From NCBI RefSeq assembly GCF_030144855.1, contig NC_082718.1, positions 79,856,001 through 79,920,000 on the forward strand: DNA of 64,000 nt, in the 5' to 3' direction. The DNA comes from Hypanus sabinus. Its lineage: Eukaryota. The notes beneath the pieces are model-generated. The model ran no database searches, was not told the DNA's origin, and worked only from the letters and a program-made list of their open reading frames with translations. This document shows positions 36,165-51,950 of the stretch, in pieces. Numbering within the stretch: position 1 is the stretch's first letter; every line of letters begins with the position of its first letter. A program made the position numbers and the translations under genes.

Positions 36165-37920
36165 GTAAGACTTTATTTGGTAATCTCAACATTCTCATTT
36201 CCATTTGATTTTTCTTTGAATATAAAGTATATAACATACAATTCTCTGAACCGTAGTCTTCAAGTTACAGCTGACAGTGTACAGGGAGAGAAAGGTTATG
36301 AAATGGCCGCTCCTGCTTCCCACATCGATCCGTTTACGGTGTTGCTATGCTTGTTTCGCTATTTTACATGGTCGGCCTCGGTCAACGGGCTTCGCGAAAG
36401 AAAGCAGACGCTGGAATCGCGCACAAAACCCTGGAGAAGCTCGCAGGTCAGGCAGATCTGTGGAAAAGAGTGAACAGTCTACGCTTCGAGCCGAGGCCCT
36501 TCTTCAGGACTGGGGAAACAAAGATGAGAAGACAGAGGCCACCCACCCCCACCCCCATTCCCAGTCCTGATGAAACGCCGACTGTGCTCTCTTTGCCACA
36601 GACGCTGGGCTCCTCCAGCATGTTGTGTCTGTTGCTCTGGATTCCCAGCAGCTGAGTTTCTCGTGTTTGAGGAACTCTGCGGGTCGGGCAAGTGGAGGGA
36701 AATGCCTAGTCGTGGTTTCAGGCCGAGAGCTTCCATCGCCAGGAAAGATAGAGGGCGGGCGGGGGACTTCATTGGAAAGTCGGAATATCCGCTGCATAGT
36801 TCGGCTCCTCCCCCCTCCTTTAAGACCGGATAAAAAGCCCTCGGCTGGGATCGTTTCTGTGGGATTATTGCGTGGCTTGTTGAGATAGTGCGTCAAACGT
36901 TCGTTAATATTGCGAAGGTAAAAACGCGTGTGCGAATAAGATGACTTGGGAAGTCTGGGTTCGGAGTGAACACTTTCTATGCGGGAAAGCAGAGCTGGCA
37001 GAAAGTCAGACCGAACTAATTCTGTCCTGGTTTCCCCGGACACAGTCCCATTGCAGCTTATTAAACCTCAGCCCGGTTTCGGAGAACCTGCTGTGTTCAG
37101 CTGCTGGACACCCAGCAAACTTTGAACTCCATAAGACCACAAGATAATACTGTATGTAAATATATGAGACTTGGTTACCAGAGCCATCTCTAGAAATGGG
37201 GCCCAGAACTGCTCACAACACTCCAAATGTGGTTTGACCGATCCCTTAGAAAATCTCAGCATTATGTGCTTGCTTTCATAATTTAGTCTTCTTCAAAAGA
37301 ATGGAGACATTATATTTGCTTTCCTTACTGATGCAAGTTAGCCTTTGGGAATCGTACACTAGGACTCCTGTGCATCTCTGATTCCTGAATTTGCTCTCCC
37401 ACTTAGAAAATAGCCTTTTTTTCTTTTTACCAGGGTGCATGACCCTAAAATTATCTATACCATGTTCCATCTGCCACCTCTTTGCGTGGCCTCATCATGG
37501 CAGTAGAGGTGACCAGGAACTGATATGTTGGCATAAGAATGGGAAATAGAATTGAAATGGCTAATTAGAATTAATATGTCAGAACGGGAACACAATGTAA
37601 ATTTGAAATAGCATGGTTTGGCCATGCTGGTATCTTCCCTGTAATACCACAAGCTCTTCATTTTGATCCTGCCTGTTACTTCATCAAAGTTCAAACAATG
37701 TCACTTTAGAATTAGTGTCTGGGGGGAAAAAAGATCAGATGAATAAATAAGGCTTTCTCTGCTTGTCTACAAGGTCAACATTCGTGAAACATTCTGTCAT
37801 TACTGAGAACTCTAATTGTGTTGATATTATAGGAAATGTCATGTAAGTACAATGGTACACATTCCCATGTGATGCAAAGCTCCCTAATCACTTCTCCTTT
37901 CTTGACAGTGACTTGACAAG

Positions 37921-38388
37921 ATGAGAGTTCAGGTGAAGTTTATGACTGGTGAGGCTTTCGAACTTGATGTCGACCCTTCCTTACAGGTGTCGACTCTCAA
38001 GATGAAAATCCAGCAAAAGACCAAAGTGCCCACTTTCCAACAGTGTCTGATGGTACAAAATGGTCAAAGTGTGGAGATGCAGGACAACAGAAGCCTAAAC
38101 TACTACAACCTCAACCCCAGCCCCACCGTGATGCTGCTGGTCAGGAAAGAGGAACCCATGCAGATCTTCCTCCGGAATGACAAGGGCAAAACAACGACCT
38201 ATGACGTGCTGCCCTCTGAGACCGTGCAAAATTTTAAAGAGCGGGTCCGTCGGCAGGAGGGGGTCAGACCCGAGCAGCAGCGCCTGGTCTTTGGGAGTAA
38301 CCAGTTGGAGGATGGCCAGTTGCTCTCCGACTACAACATCAAGCCTCAAAGCACCATCTTTCTGCAACTCCGTCTTCGTGGAGGTTAA
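37921..38388 (+). CDS. ISG15: ISG15-like di-ubiquitin protein, type B copy 1 (155 aa)
   Basis: Two UbL domains, ends LRLRGG-TAA; 29 of 155 residues differ from type A by manual count. Confidence 0.9.
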   Translation: MRVQVKFMTGEAFELDVDPSLQVSTLKMKIQQKTKVPTFQQCLMVQNGQSVEMQDNRSLNYYNLNPSPTVMLLVRKEEPMQIFLRNDKGKTTTYDVLPSETVQNFKERVRRQEGVRPEQQRLVFGSNQLEDGQLLSDYNIKPQSTIFLQLRLRGG

Positions 38389-38619
38389 TTTATCCTCTGA
38401 CAGAAGTATTATCAAAATAATAATATTTAAATAATATAATATTATATTATTATATAAAATAAAATGCCATATTTTCCAATTTAACATGAAATAAAATAGT
38501 ACATGTTTAAAAAGAAACTAATGTTGTGAGCAATTGTGTTTGTCTGACTGAATAACCTCCAGATTTGTGTATATTAAAAAACTGGACTTTTTTCACACCT
38601 CGAGGTGCATCAGGTGGCA

Positions 38620-38783
38620 TATTTACCATTTCTGTAGCATTTGATGTTTTACAATGAGGCTGAGATGCTGGCTCAATGCTCAACCCAGCTCATATAGTAA
38701 ATGTGCAAGGAGCTGGCTAGATTTGAACTCATGGCCATTTGCCTTGAAGTCCAGTGCTGATGCCACTACACTACCAGCCAGCG
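38620..38783 (-). mobile_element. tRNA-derived SINE remnant (copy at ~58540-58705)
   Basis: Reverse strand has A-box-like TAGTGTAGTGG and B-box-like GTTCAAATC at tRNA-like spacing. Confidence 0.55.
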
Positions 38784-39094
38784 ATGTCTATATTTCAAGA
38801 TCAAGTTGATTGTCATTCAACCGTGTATACAGCTAAATGAAACAATGTTCTTCAGAGCCCAAGGTGCAAAACATAGGACACATGTCATATACAGCACATG
38901 AAATAATATTAACACAATAACACTGACAGATTAAAAACTATTTTGTGGATTGACATACCAGTTAAATATTGACATACCAGTTATAGTTAAATATACAACA
39001 GTACAGTACTACTGCTGCTGTCAGAAATATTGTGTGCTGGGTGGTAGCAGGATTCAGTTTCAACCAATGTCCATATTTGACATTGAAACAAGAT

Positions 39095-40385
39095 TCAGTG
39101 GCTGTAAAATGTATTCCCCCCCCCCCCTTGGAAGTTTTCAATGAATCACAGTGGAGTTAATTTGTTTTCTTTGACACTGATCAACTGAAAATTACTCTTT
39201 CGCATTAAAGTGAAAACAGATCACTACAAAGTGATTTAAATTTATCACAAATATAAACCAAGATAATTGATAGTGTAGGTGTTCACCCCCTTCGTCAGTA
39301 TTTAGCAGATGTATCCTTGGCAGCAATTACAGCCTTGAGTCTGTGTGGAGTCTTTGGGGAACTCTTGACACCACCCCCCCCCCCTCGCCGAGACTTCTAT
39401 GGAACAGAGGACCATGATAGACTCTGTGAATAATTCTGTTGTCTCATCCTCTCTGGAGATCTGCAGAGTGCCTGCTGCTGCCTACCTTAGACAAGTTAAA
39501 TGCTGCAGTCAATTCAATGCCTTTATCAACTTTTGGTTACGTCATTTATAGTGCCTATAAAAAGTATTCACTCACCTTTGGAAGTTTTCATGATTCATTG
39601 TTTTACAACATTGAATCACATGGATTTAGTTTGGCTTTTTTGACACTGGTCAACAGAAAAATACTCTTTCATGTCAAAGTGAGAACATCTCTACAAAGGG
39701 ATCTAACTTAATTACAAATATAAAACAAAATTATTGATTATGTAAGTATTCATACAATTTAATGTGACACTTTAATAACCTTTTAATATGACACACCAAA
39801 TCATCACTGGTACAGCCTATTGCTGTTGAAAAATACTCACATGAAATCTCGGCTGGAGTTTGCCAGAAGGCATGTGAGAAACTCTGAGGTCAGCTGGAAA
39901 GAGGACTATGGTCTGATGATACCAAAATTGAGCTTTTTGGCCATCAATCATCAAAAGCACATAATCCCTATCGTGAAGCATAGTGGTGGCTGCATCATTC
40001 TGTGGGGATGATTCGCTGCAGCAGGCCCTGGAAAGCTATGAATGAGGAGGGTAGAATGTATGCAGCAAAATACAGGGAAATCCTGGTGAAAACCTGATGC
40101 AGTCTGCAAGAGAACTGCGACTTGGGAAAAGATGTCTTTTCCAGCAGGATAATGACCCCAAGCATAAAGCCAAAGCTTCACAAGATTGGCTTAAAAATAA
40201 CAAAGTTAATGCCCTGAAGTGGCCAAATCAGAGTCCAGACCTCAATGTAATTGAGAATTTGTGGCTGGAGCTGAAAAGAGCTGTCCATTCATGATCCCCA
40301 TGTAATCTGACAGAGTTTGAGCAGTTTTGTAAAGAAGAAAGGGGAAAAATTGCAGCTTCCAGATGTGCCAAGCTAATAGAGATCC
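39095..40385 (+). mobile_element. Decayed Tc1 transposon(s) (copy at ~59000-60275)
   Basis: Tc1-type termini AGTGCCTATAAAAAGTATTCA; transposase remnants [47 protein letters not shown]. Confidence 0.85.
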
Positions 40386-40829
40386 ATTATTGGGACATCA
40401 TGGAAGAAATGTATTACAGCAGTTTTAACTTTGATCATTGTATGAGCCCTTTACAATTAATCTGCCCAATGAATATCAGACAACCAGCCTAAGGCAACAA
40501 TAGATCCCCCGCTCATCCTTGGTATGAGACTGGGCCAGTAGCATTTGAGAGAGTCAGACAGGTCTCTGGGGCTTCACATAGGCCTGGGGTTGGTGAGACT
40601 CAACAGGCCTCCTCTTGGACCTGATGCCCATTGTCCACTTGGGCAGTCACTGGGTGGTACTCAGCCTGGACAGGGGCAAGTAACTGGACTGGCTGAGTCA
40701 GTACTTTTGGGGGAGGGGGGAAACACTTGTGCTGAAGGAGTTACAAAGACATTGGGAACAGCCTACCTGGGCAGAAACTTCCATCAGTGCTACGTCCCAC
40801 AACCTCTTCCACTTCAGTGGCAAAAACAG

Positions 40830-41060
40830 TCGCACAGTAGTCTGTACTGCCTCACAGTTTGAGAGGCCAGGATTCAAACCTGACTCTGGCCAGAGTCTTG
40901 TGTGGGATTTGCACATTATCTCTGTCTCCGCGCACCCACTCCCCCCACAGGCACTTCACTTTCTTCTGCCATGCTGGTTGGTGGCATAATTGTCTAATAT
41001 AAACTTCCCCAAGTGTAGGTAGATAGGTGGAAAATCTGGGGGTACCTGGTGGGATTGCAA
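40830..41060 (+). mobile_element. Degenerate HE1/V-SINE-like element
   Basis: CTGCCTCACAG..GGATTCAAACC (B-box-like)..TGTGTGGGATTTGCACATT pattern. Confidence 0.4.
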
Positions 41061-41094
41061 GAGAGAAGCCAAGGATTTAGTGGAAATGGTTTCT

Positions 41095-44000
41095 TTTTTT
41101 CTTTACAAATCTTTTTATTATTATTATTATTATTCAAAAATAACACAGTTACATTGAAGTGACATCACTTACGATACCTTAAAAAAGAAATTATCTTGGG
41201 GATTGAAAATTTTTGTGAATAAATAAAATAATACCCCTACTAAGCAAAAAAGTGAGGAAAAAAAACATTGGGTCTACAACCCCGGAGCCATGTGCTTCTA
41301 AAAATAAACATCAAACCGCCAGCAAGAATGAAAAATATATCAAAACAAATTTACAGTTAGATCATGCAGAAAATCTGTCAGTTAACACAAATGATAGTAA
41401 CGAGCAAATGAGCCCCATCTCTTCTCACAATCAAACAAAGGTTCAGCTTCTAACTTTCTCCAAACTGAGACGTAGCATCACTTGAGAGAACCGTTGTGAC
41501 AAAGTAGAAGCTGATATATCCTTCCATTTCAACAAGATGGTCCTCCTAGCTATCAATGTAACAAACGCAATAACATGTTGGTCAGGCACAGAAATACCAT
41601 GGATATTTTGAGGAACTATTCCAAAAAGCACAGTCAATTTATTAGGTTGTAAGTTGATTCTGAGTGCTTTAGAAATTGTCGAAAAGACTGACTTCCAAAA
41701 CTGTTTCAGTATAGAAAATGACCAGAACGTAAGTGTCAGTGTAGCTATCTCAGTATTACATCTATCACAATAACTGTCAACATTGGGAAATATTTTAGAG
41801 AGTCTCTCCTTTGTCAAATGGTAACGATGTACAATTCGAAATTGAATCAGTGAATGGCTATCAAAGAAGAGTTAACCAGCTTCAGAATCTGCATCCAATC
41901 ATCCAATATAAAAGTCAAATTGAGTTCCTTCTCCCAATCCTGTTTAATCTTAAATAAAGGATGTTTATCCCTTTGTAATAATAAATTATAAATTCTTCCA
42001 TTGGAACCCTTCATTGAAGTGTTCATATTCATAATAGTATCTAACAAGTCAGCCTCCAAAATGTAAGGAAAATTAAATATTTTTGTAAAAAGTGTCTAAC
42101 TTGAAGGTATTGTAAAAAGTGTGAATATGAGAGAGAATATTTATCAATTGTTCAAAAGACATCAATCTGCCTTCTTTAAATAAATCCAAAATAGAATTAA
42201 TACCTTTATTTTTCCAAAGTAAAAAAATTGGATTGCTCAAAGAAGGTTTAAGAAAGTAATTACGATAAATTAAACTACAAAGTTTAAATTTTTTAAGATT
42301 AAAAAAATTGCAGAACTGGAGCCAAATTTGTAAAGGGTGCTCAATCATAGGATATAGGTTTAAGTTAGCAACTTTACCTAATTGTATATGTAAAGCAATT
42401 CCTAATAATGAGGTTAAATAGAACTGTTTCACAGCTCTCAGTTCCAGGTCTACCCAAATTGGCTGATCATTCCTCTCAACCCAATATAACCAAAAGGACA
42501 TAGATCGCAAATTAACAGCCCAGTAATACATTCTTAGATTAGGCAAAGCAAGACTTCCATCCTTTTCTCTCCACGCTTAAACATGGCATAATGGAGGAGA
42601 ACCAATAGAAAACAGTAGGCGTATTAGATTCTTTCCAGTATAACAAGATAGCTTTCCTAGCCAGTAAAGTTGAAAGGCTATCACATGTTGAGCGGAAGCA
42701 GATACTCTACCTACTTCCTCTGGAATGATCCCAAAAATTGCCGTAAGTGAATTGGATTGAACATCCACATCTATAACTTCAGATAGTGTTCTAAATACTT
42801 CTCTCCAATAATTATTTAAACTTACACAGGACCAAAACATATGAGTTAGAGTAGCCACCTCTACGTTACACCTGTCACAAATAGGGCTTATATTCGGGAA
42901 TACATGCACCAATTTATCTTTAAACATATGGGCCCTATGTACTATCTTAAACTGAATTAAGGAATGACGTGCCCAGATAGATGAATTTTTAACTAGATAA
43001 TAAATTTTACTCCATTGATGATCTGAAAGTGAATGTTGAAGTTCTATTTCCCAAGTGCATTGAACCTTATTATTAGGCGACATGCAAGCATTCATTGACT
43101 GTTTATAAATGATAGCTTTTCATCGTTTTTGAAATGGTTTAAGCTGAAAGATAACATAAGCCAAATTTGAAGAATAGGCCAAGGGATAATTCGGTAAAAA
43201 ATCACGTACAAAATTCATAACCTGCAAATATCTAAAACAATGTGTGTTAGAGATATCATATTTATCCATAAACTGCTAAAAAGACATTAAACAATCCTGC
43301 AAGAACAAATCTAAAAAAGTTTTTATTCCCTTAATTTTCCATATTAAAAAAGCCTTATCCAAAGTCGATGGTTTAAAAAAATTAGAATAAATATTACTAG
43401 AAAGTAAAACATTATTTAATTCAAACAATCTACGAAACTGAAACCAGATTTTTACAGTATGTTTAACGATAGGGTTGAGAGCTTGTCTAGCTATTCTGGA
43501 GATTGAAAAAGGAAGGGAAGCTCCTAATAAAGAAGCTAAAGATAACCCTGTTACTGAATTTTTCTCCGAATGTAACCATGGTTACATATAGATCCTGGTT
43601 ATCTATATCATAAATCCAAAAAGTAATATAACAAATATTAACTGCCCAATATTAAAATCTAAAGTTTGGTAGGGCCAATCCTCCATCTTTTGTTGATTTT
43701 TGCAATCAAAGTTTATTCACAAACATAAAGACAAAATCATAGAATCTATTTTATTAAAAAATGTTTTTGGAACAAAAGAGGGAACTGCTTCAAATATATA
43801 TATAAATTTTGGTAAAATATCCATTTTTATAGCATTAATTCGACCTATCAATGACATCGACATAGGCGACAATTTAGAAAGTGCTTGTTGAGTATATTCA
43901 ATTAGAGGGGAGAAATTATACTTATATAGGTCTTTAAAATTTTTAGTAATTTTGATACCAAGGTAAGTGAAATGGTTTTTAGCAATATTAAAAGGTATTT

Positions 44001-44310
44001 GATCATAATAATCAGAATAATTATTAATAGGAAATTAAGCTTATAGCCAGAGAAAATACTAAATTCCGTAAATATAGATAGCATAAAAGTAATACATTTC
44101 CTAGGGTTTGAAATGTAAACTAATAAATCATCCGCATACAATGCAACCTTATGTAATTTATCCCCTCTCTTAATACCCTGCACAGAATTAGAATCCCTAA
44201 GGGTGATAGCAAGTGGTTCTAAAACCAAATTGAATAATAAAGGACTAAGAGGACACCCCTGACGGGTTCCGCTAAATAATCTAAAATAAGGAGACTTTGA
44301 TTAACTGCCA
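41095..44310 (-). mobile_element. L1/Tx1-type LINE ORF2 remnants (two 3' portions in tandem)
   Basis: RT motifs GTRQGCPLSPLLF and LYADDLL (43902-44300); two separate C-termini with CDRC..THMFWSC-type motifs (42577-43095 and 41443-41817); T-rich tail near 41095. Confidence 0.88.
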
Positions 44311-44366
44311 TACTCTAATTTTATTCTAATTTACTTTATACATGCGCAGAACACATACCAATACGG

Positions 44367-47274
<2,908 letters not shown>

Positions 47275-48068
47275 CAATACGGAATGATCAAAAATGGCGT
47301 TGATGAAGAATACAACCATGTAAAAAACACACATGCTCCGGAACCACCCAATGGGAAAAAGCTCCTAACTCTAGACCAACTCACCCTCCCAAAAGCCCAA
47401 AAAAAAGGCAAGCAAACTAAGATACAATGCAAAGCCATGGACTGCTCTGTCGGTCTCCTCTCTCCCTCCCACCAGCCACCACGCAAAAAAATAAAGAGAC
47501 CTTGTAAGAAAGACAATAATGTCTCGACAACAGAGAGTGTTTAAATTCCATCATGTATTAAACCAAAAAGAACCAAAATAATATAATCTCTTAGAAAAGA
47601 AAACCAGCACCATCTTAAGTTTAACCTTAAATCTCTAAAAAAAAACCTTAAAATTCGGTTATAGGACGCTATAATAAAACAAAGAAAAAAAAGGTTAATA
47701 GTATATTTAACCAAACTAAATTTACAGATATATTAATTAATAATATCATATGATATTTATAAAAGAAACCCTATTAGTAGGAAAAAACTACCAATTAGTA
47801 AATTAAGAAACAACAAAAAGAGACATCAAACCAAATATTAGATGAAAGGAACAAATCCTTTTATCCTCTTTTCTCAGTCAAATATCTAAATAGCCATTTA
47901 AACAGTCAGACTTGAACCGTATATCTTCTTTCCAAAAAAATCCAATAAGATGCAATAATGAACAAGTTTTCTTACCTTCTTTTATTAATCTCTCAAAGAA
48001 ATATCCAAATAACCTTCATATATCGTCTTTTCAAAATGTGAATAATGTTCAGATAATCAAACAGCTTT

Positions 48069-48926
48069 TCAGATAGTTAATTCGGTAGTAATGTCAGTGA
48101 CGGTGGCAGGTATAGCCTGAACAAAATCCAGTGCGGCTTTTCGATCAAAGAAAATGCGTGGAGAATTAGGAGGAAAAACTTTCATTCTTGTTGGGTAACT
48201 CAAAGAGGGAAAAAGTTTCTTATCATATGCTTGTTTCATTATCAAAGCAAATATTGATCTTTGTTCCATTACTTCTTTCGGATAATCTTTGGAAAAACGG
48301 AGCTCAGACTCGTTGAATCTGAAAACTCTCTGTTTTCTTGCTTGTCGCATTATTTGATCTTTAATTTTAAAGTGATGAAAACAAACCAGAATATATCTTG
48401 GCCTGCTTGAATCCTTAAATTTCGAAATAAACGCTCTATGTGTTCTTTCAACAGCAGGCAGCTGTGACAAAATAGTAAGAAATTGGGTATGAGAGACCTT
48501 ACCAAAGTAAACCGTTAAATCTCCATCTTCAGCTCCTTCTTGCAATCCAACAATACATATATTATTTTGACCAGCCCTAGTTTCCAGGTCTATAATCTTA
48601 TTTTGATATCTTTCCAAACGGGTTGTAGTTTCAGACAATATATTATCTATTAACTTCAATTCCTCTTCATGTTTAGTAACTTGAGTTTCCACATTTATAA
48701 GTTTTCTCAGAAATAACTTCATTTCATTAGTATTCTTTTCCAGTTGATCTTTAATTGCCCTATTCTGATCTTGAATTGAATTCAGTGTCCGAACAATATC
48801 TTCAACCCAAGATGGCATTTCCTCAGACCTTTCCTTCAGCATCTTTCCTTTTCCATTATCTTTGTCACTAGGTTCAGGCAGATTCTTCCCACTCCTCGTA
48901 GACATAGACATATTACTCCCCTTCAA
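48069..48926 (-). mobile_element. L1-type ORF1p (coiled coil, RRM, CTD) with open reading frame
   Basis: 285-aa ORF with heptad region, DLETRAGQNNICIVGLQEGAE, VERTHRA, PRYILVCF, FSKDYPKEV; lies upstream of the ORF2 remnants on the same strand. Confidence 0.85.
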
Positions 48927-49079
48927 GAATCAACAAATAAAAATTTTAAATTCAAAAGTTGAAGTAGGAGGAGGGAGAGAAAACTAAGAGCACTGACATC
49001 TTGGTCCAGCTCCCCCACCATCCTTCCAACCACCGACGTTGGACATTGGCCTCAGTCACTGCCATTGGAGTGAATTCCA

Positions 49080-51094
49080 GCCTGACATACTGAGTTCCTC
49101 CAAAATCTCATCTGGAGCTTCACACTTGGCAAGTTCTGAGTTGATTGTGAAGCTTTCATATCAGAAATTCCTGGGGCCCCGCACCAGCGGCACAAGTCAC
49201 TTGGAGTGAGACTTACTTCACTTTCCCACTCCTTGGTGCTCCTGTGGCCCAGATAAATGGAATTACTCCATCTATCTTCCCTTCTGCTTATTCCTCCGAA
49301 ACACTGAACAGTAGTAAATGTTCATTTCCAGGACCTGGTCACTTTGTCAGATGGTACTTGTTCTGTTGTGAAAAATGTCACCAGAGAGACACTGAAGTTT
49401 GTGGATATAGAAGTGTTTTATTCAACAAAAACGAGCAGCTGGCATCATCTTGAGACACTCTTGTAAGAAGAGGCCTGCTCGACCCAATATTACATGCCAT
49501 TTCATATGCTAAAGATCAAAGGTAACAGCAGGACAATTCTACAGTTTCAATGAATGTACAATGCTTGCTTTGAATTTCATATAGTTATCACTCGCCTCCT
49601 TCTTTGCACCCACAGTCCAGACACCCAAAATGAACGCTAATCCCCTCTGACTCTAGGCTACATTTATGAATATGCAGACATCGGAGGTCTAATTGCTCTG
49701 AGCTGTCCTTTCAATTCAATCTGCAATCCACATTGAAGTCAGAAGATTGGTTGCTGGTGAAATTAATATTTGCCAACTCCAGAATACACCCCAACAGTAC
49801 TCCTTTAGAGAGTCATTGCAATTCAATGCAGAAATGGCCACCATGTCCATGCCAACCACTAAGCTCCGATTTTATACCAATCCTACACTCATCCTTTGTT
49901 TATTTCACAGGACCCTGTGTGGGAGACCCATATCGCATTCATTAACAAAAAATCTTGGCAGAGAATGTTGATAAAATGATCTTACCCAAAATTATTCACA
50001 GAGACCATCCTCACATCAGCCATTACTATCTGGTTTGGTGCAATACACAAAAACTACAGCAAACTGTCAGGTCAGCAGGAAACGTCACTGGCTGCAGTAT
50101 ACCATCACTGCAGGGGTTGCCTGTGTCCAGAACAAAGAAACAAGCAGAAAAAGGCATGGTGGATACTTCCCACCCAGCAAAGTCCTTCGGTTGTTTGCTT
50201 TGAGTATGAGAAGATTGGAGTAAAGATGTCTTACTCATTTATGTAATACCATTATTACACCACAGCTGGAGTATGATGCAGACGATTGTCTCTCTAGATA
50301 CGAAAGAATATACACGCCATTGAGGTAATGTGATCAAGATGAACTTGACTACATTCTGGGATAGTGAGCTTGCCATTGAGTATTTATAGGCAGTAAATGA
50401 AGGCCCAGAGATGGTCTGTCCTGAGGATGGCCAGCCTGACTGTGTGAGTGGGTGGGAAAGGGACTGTTTTCTTTTAATTGTTGCTATTGCTACTTGTACT
50501 TGTACCATTGTTCGAAAAGGAGCCAATGCCTTGTGCCAAATCCCCTTTTGGACCCCACTGTATCCTCATCTTGGAGTGTGACCATCCCACTTCCCCAGAA
50601 GATGGTGAATGGCGATGACAGAATCACAAGTGGGAATGGCCCCCCTCCCACACAGCAGCAAAATGATTCCCCCAGGCTGTTGCTCTCAAAGCAGGGGAGC
50701 ACTTTGTGCGGAGACGAATCCCTCGAGCATCCTTGACTGACACAGGTAGAAGACAGAGGCAGTGGCAGTGAGAGTAGGAAGTACAGGTGGTGGGGACTTG
50801 CTGAGTGAACAGGATATTCAGCTCCTTTTTGTGGTTCCCAGCAGGGAGTGCAGAAGGCTAAAAAGTCAGCATCAAATAGAGTGCTGACATGGAGCAGGTA
50901 ACAAGAGGGTTTAGGATTTGGGTACATGTAGGGAAAAAAGTGAAAATGACGGGATCAGAGTGAAGCAGAGGGTGAGGGATGTGACAGGCATGCTGCTGTG
51001 AGAAGGGTTGGGAAGGATGCATTCGGTGGAGGAAGAAAGGGCGGGAGATGATTGCATTGGCTGAGCTCAGGCAGGACACATCAGGCTGAACCTC
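49080..51094 (-). repeat. Inverted copy of 9789-11806
   Basis: Reverse-complement match throughout with scattered substitutions. Confidence 0.95.
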
Positions 51095-51170
51095 CGTATG
51101 TTACACGAGTGAGGTGGTGGACGAACCCAAATGCAGAACGCGGGCGCAGGGGCAGAGTCGGGATTCCTAT

Positions 51171-51950
51171 ATTGCATTCCTATATTCTGTTGTTCAGTTT
51201 AAATGAGACCAATTCTTGGCACATTGTTACTTTATCCTACAATGTTTTAAAACAAATCCTAATAAAAACTTGGGTTTGGTGGGGATGACTTACTGCTTTA
51301 AGGTCCTCAAGAATTAATTGCTTTAGTTACTGCATTCTTCCAATGGACTTTTGTTTTCATTTTAGCATTAAAAGTTTAATGAAATCAGATTAGATGAATT
51401 TTTAAACGTCTTGCAATTTCATTGTTTAAATTTTCAATATGATTTGAAATGATTTTTTTAAATAAAAGTTCAAATGCATGAACACTGGCACTTCTGTGTG
51501 ACTGCTTTCATCTAGGTCTGTGGACCTTGGTTAAGAGATGAAGTAACTTTACCAAAGTTTGATTGTGGCACTTGAACCATGTACAAGATTTCCAAAAACC
51601 CCAATTCACATGACACACTTCACACAATGGAATTATTATATCAGCTATTCTGCATTCTTCCCTATTATATCCTAAGTAAATATTGAAGTCCTGCTGTCAC
51701 CATTCCTCACTGTGTGTGACTCTTACCTCACTTTCCTAAATCATTCTGCATGGAATTGTGAAAACAGTTTTTGAAAGTTACAGTAACAATTCCCCCTTCC
51801 AACACATTTGCATGTTTGCCAGCCACTTGCCTTGGATATTGATCTAATAGAAATGCAAACAGGTTTGATTGGGGCAGATGGTATTAAGGTTCTGAATTTA
51901 AACTCACCTCCAATCTTGCTGATGTAGCGAGGTCGAATAATCAATTACCC
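51171..51950 (+). pseudogene. Orphan 3'UTR and downstream flank of a deleted type A ISG15-like gene
   Basis: Matches type A sequence from ~43 nt after the stop codon (32425 onward), including both AATAAA signals; no CDS or promoter upstream. Confidence 0.85.

Larger units (their letters stand above)
32425..40791 (+). repeat. Segmental duplication, copy 1 (partner 51171-60685)
   Basis: Matching ORF series offset by ~19.93 kb (33727/53667, 35132/55072, 36504/56433, 37921/57850); ends matched at ATTGCATTCC and CCATCAGTGCT. Confidence 0.95.

Noticed and set aside
36504-37043. 179-aa minus-strand ORF identical or nearly so in both duplicated blocks
   Set aside because: No recognisable domain, overlaps repeat and GC-rich intron sequence, and conservation is explained by recent duplication.
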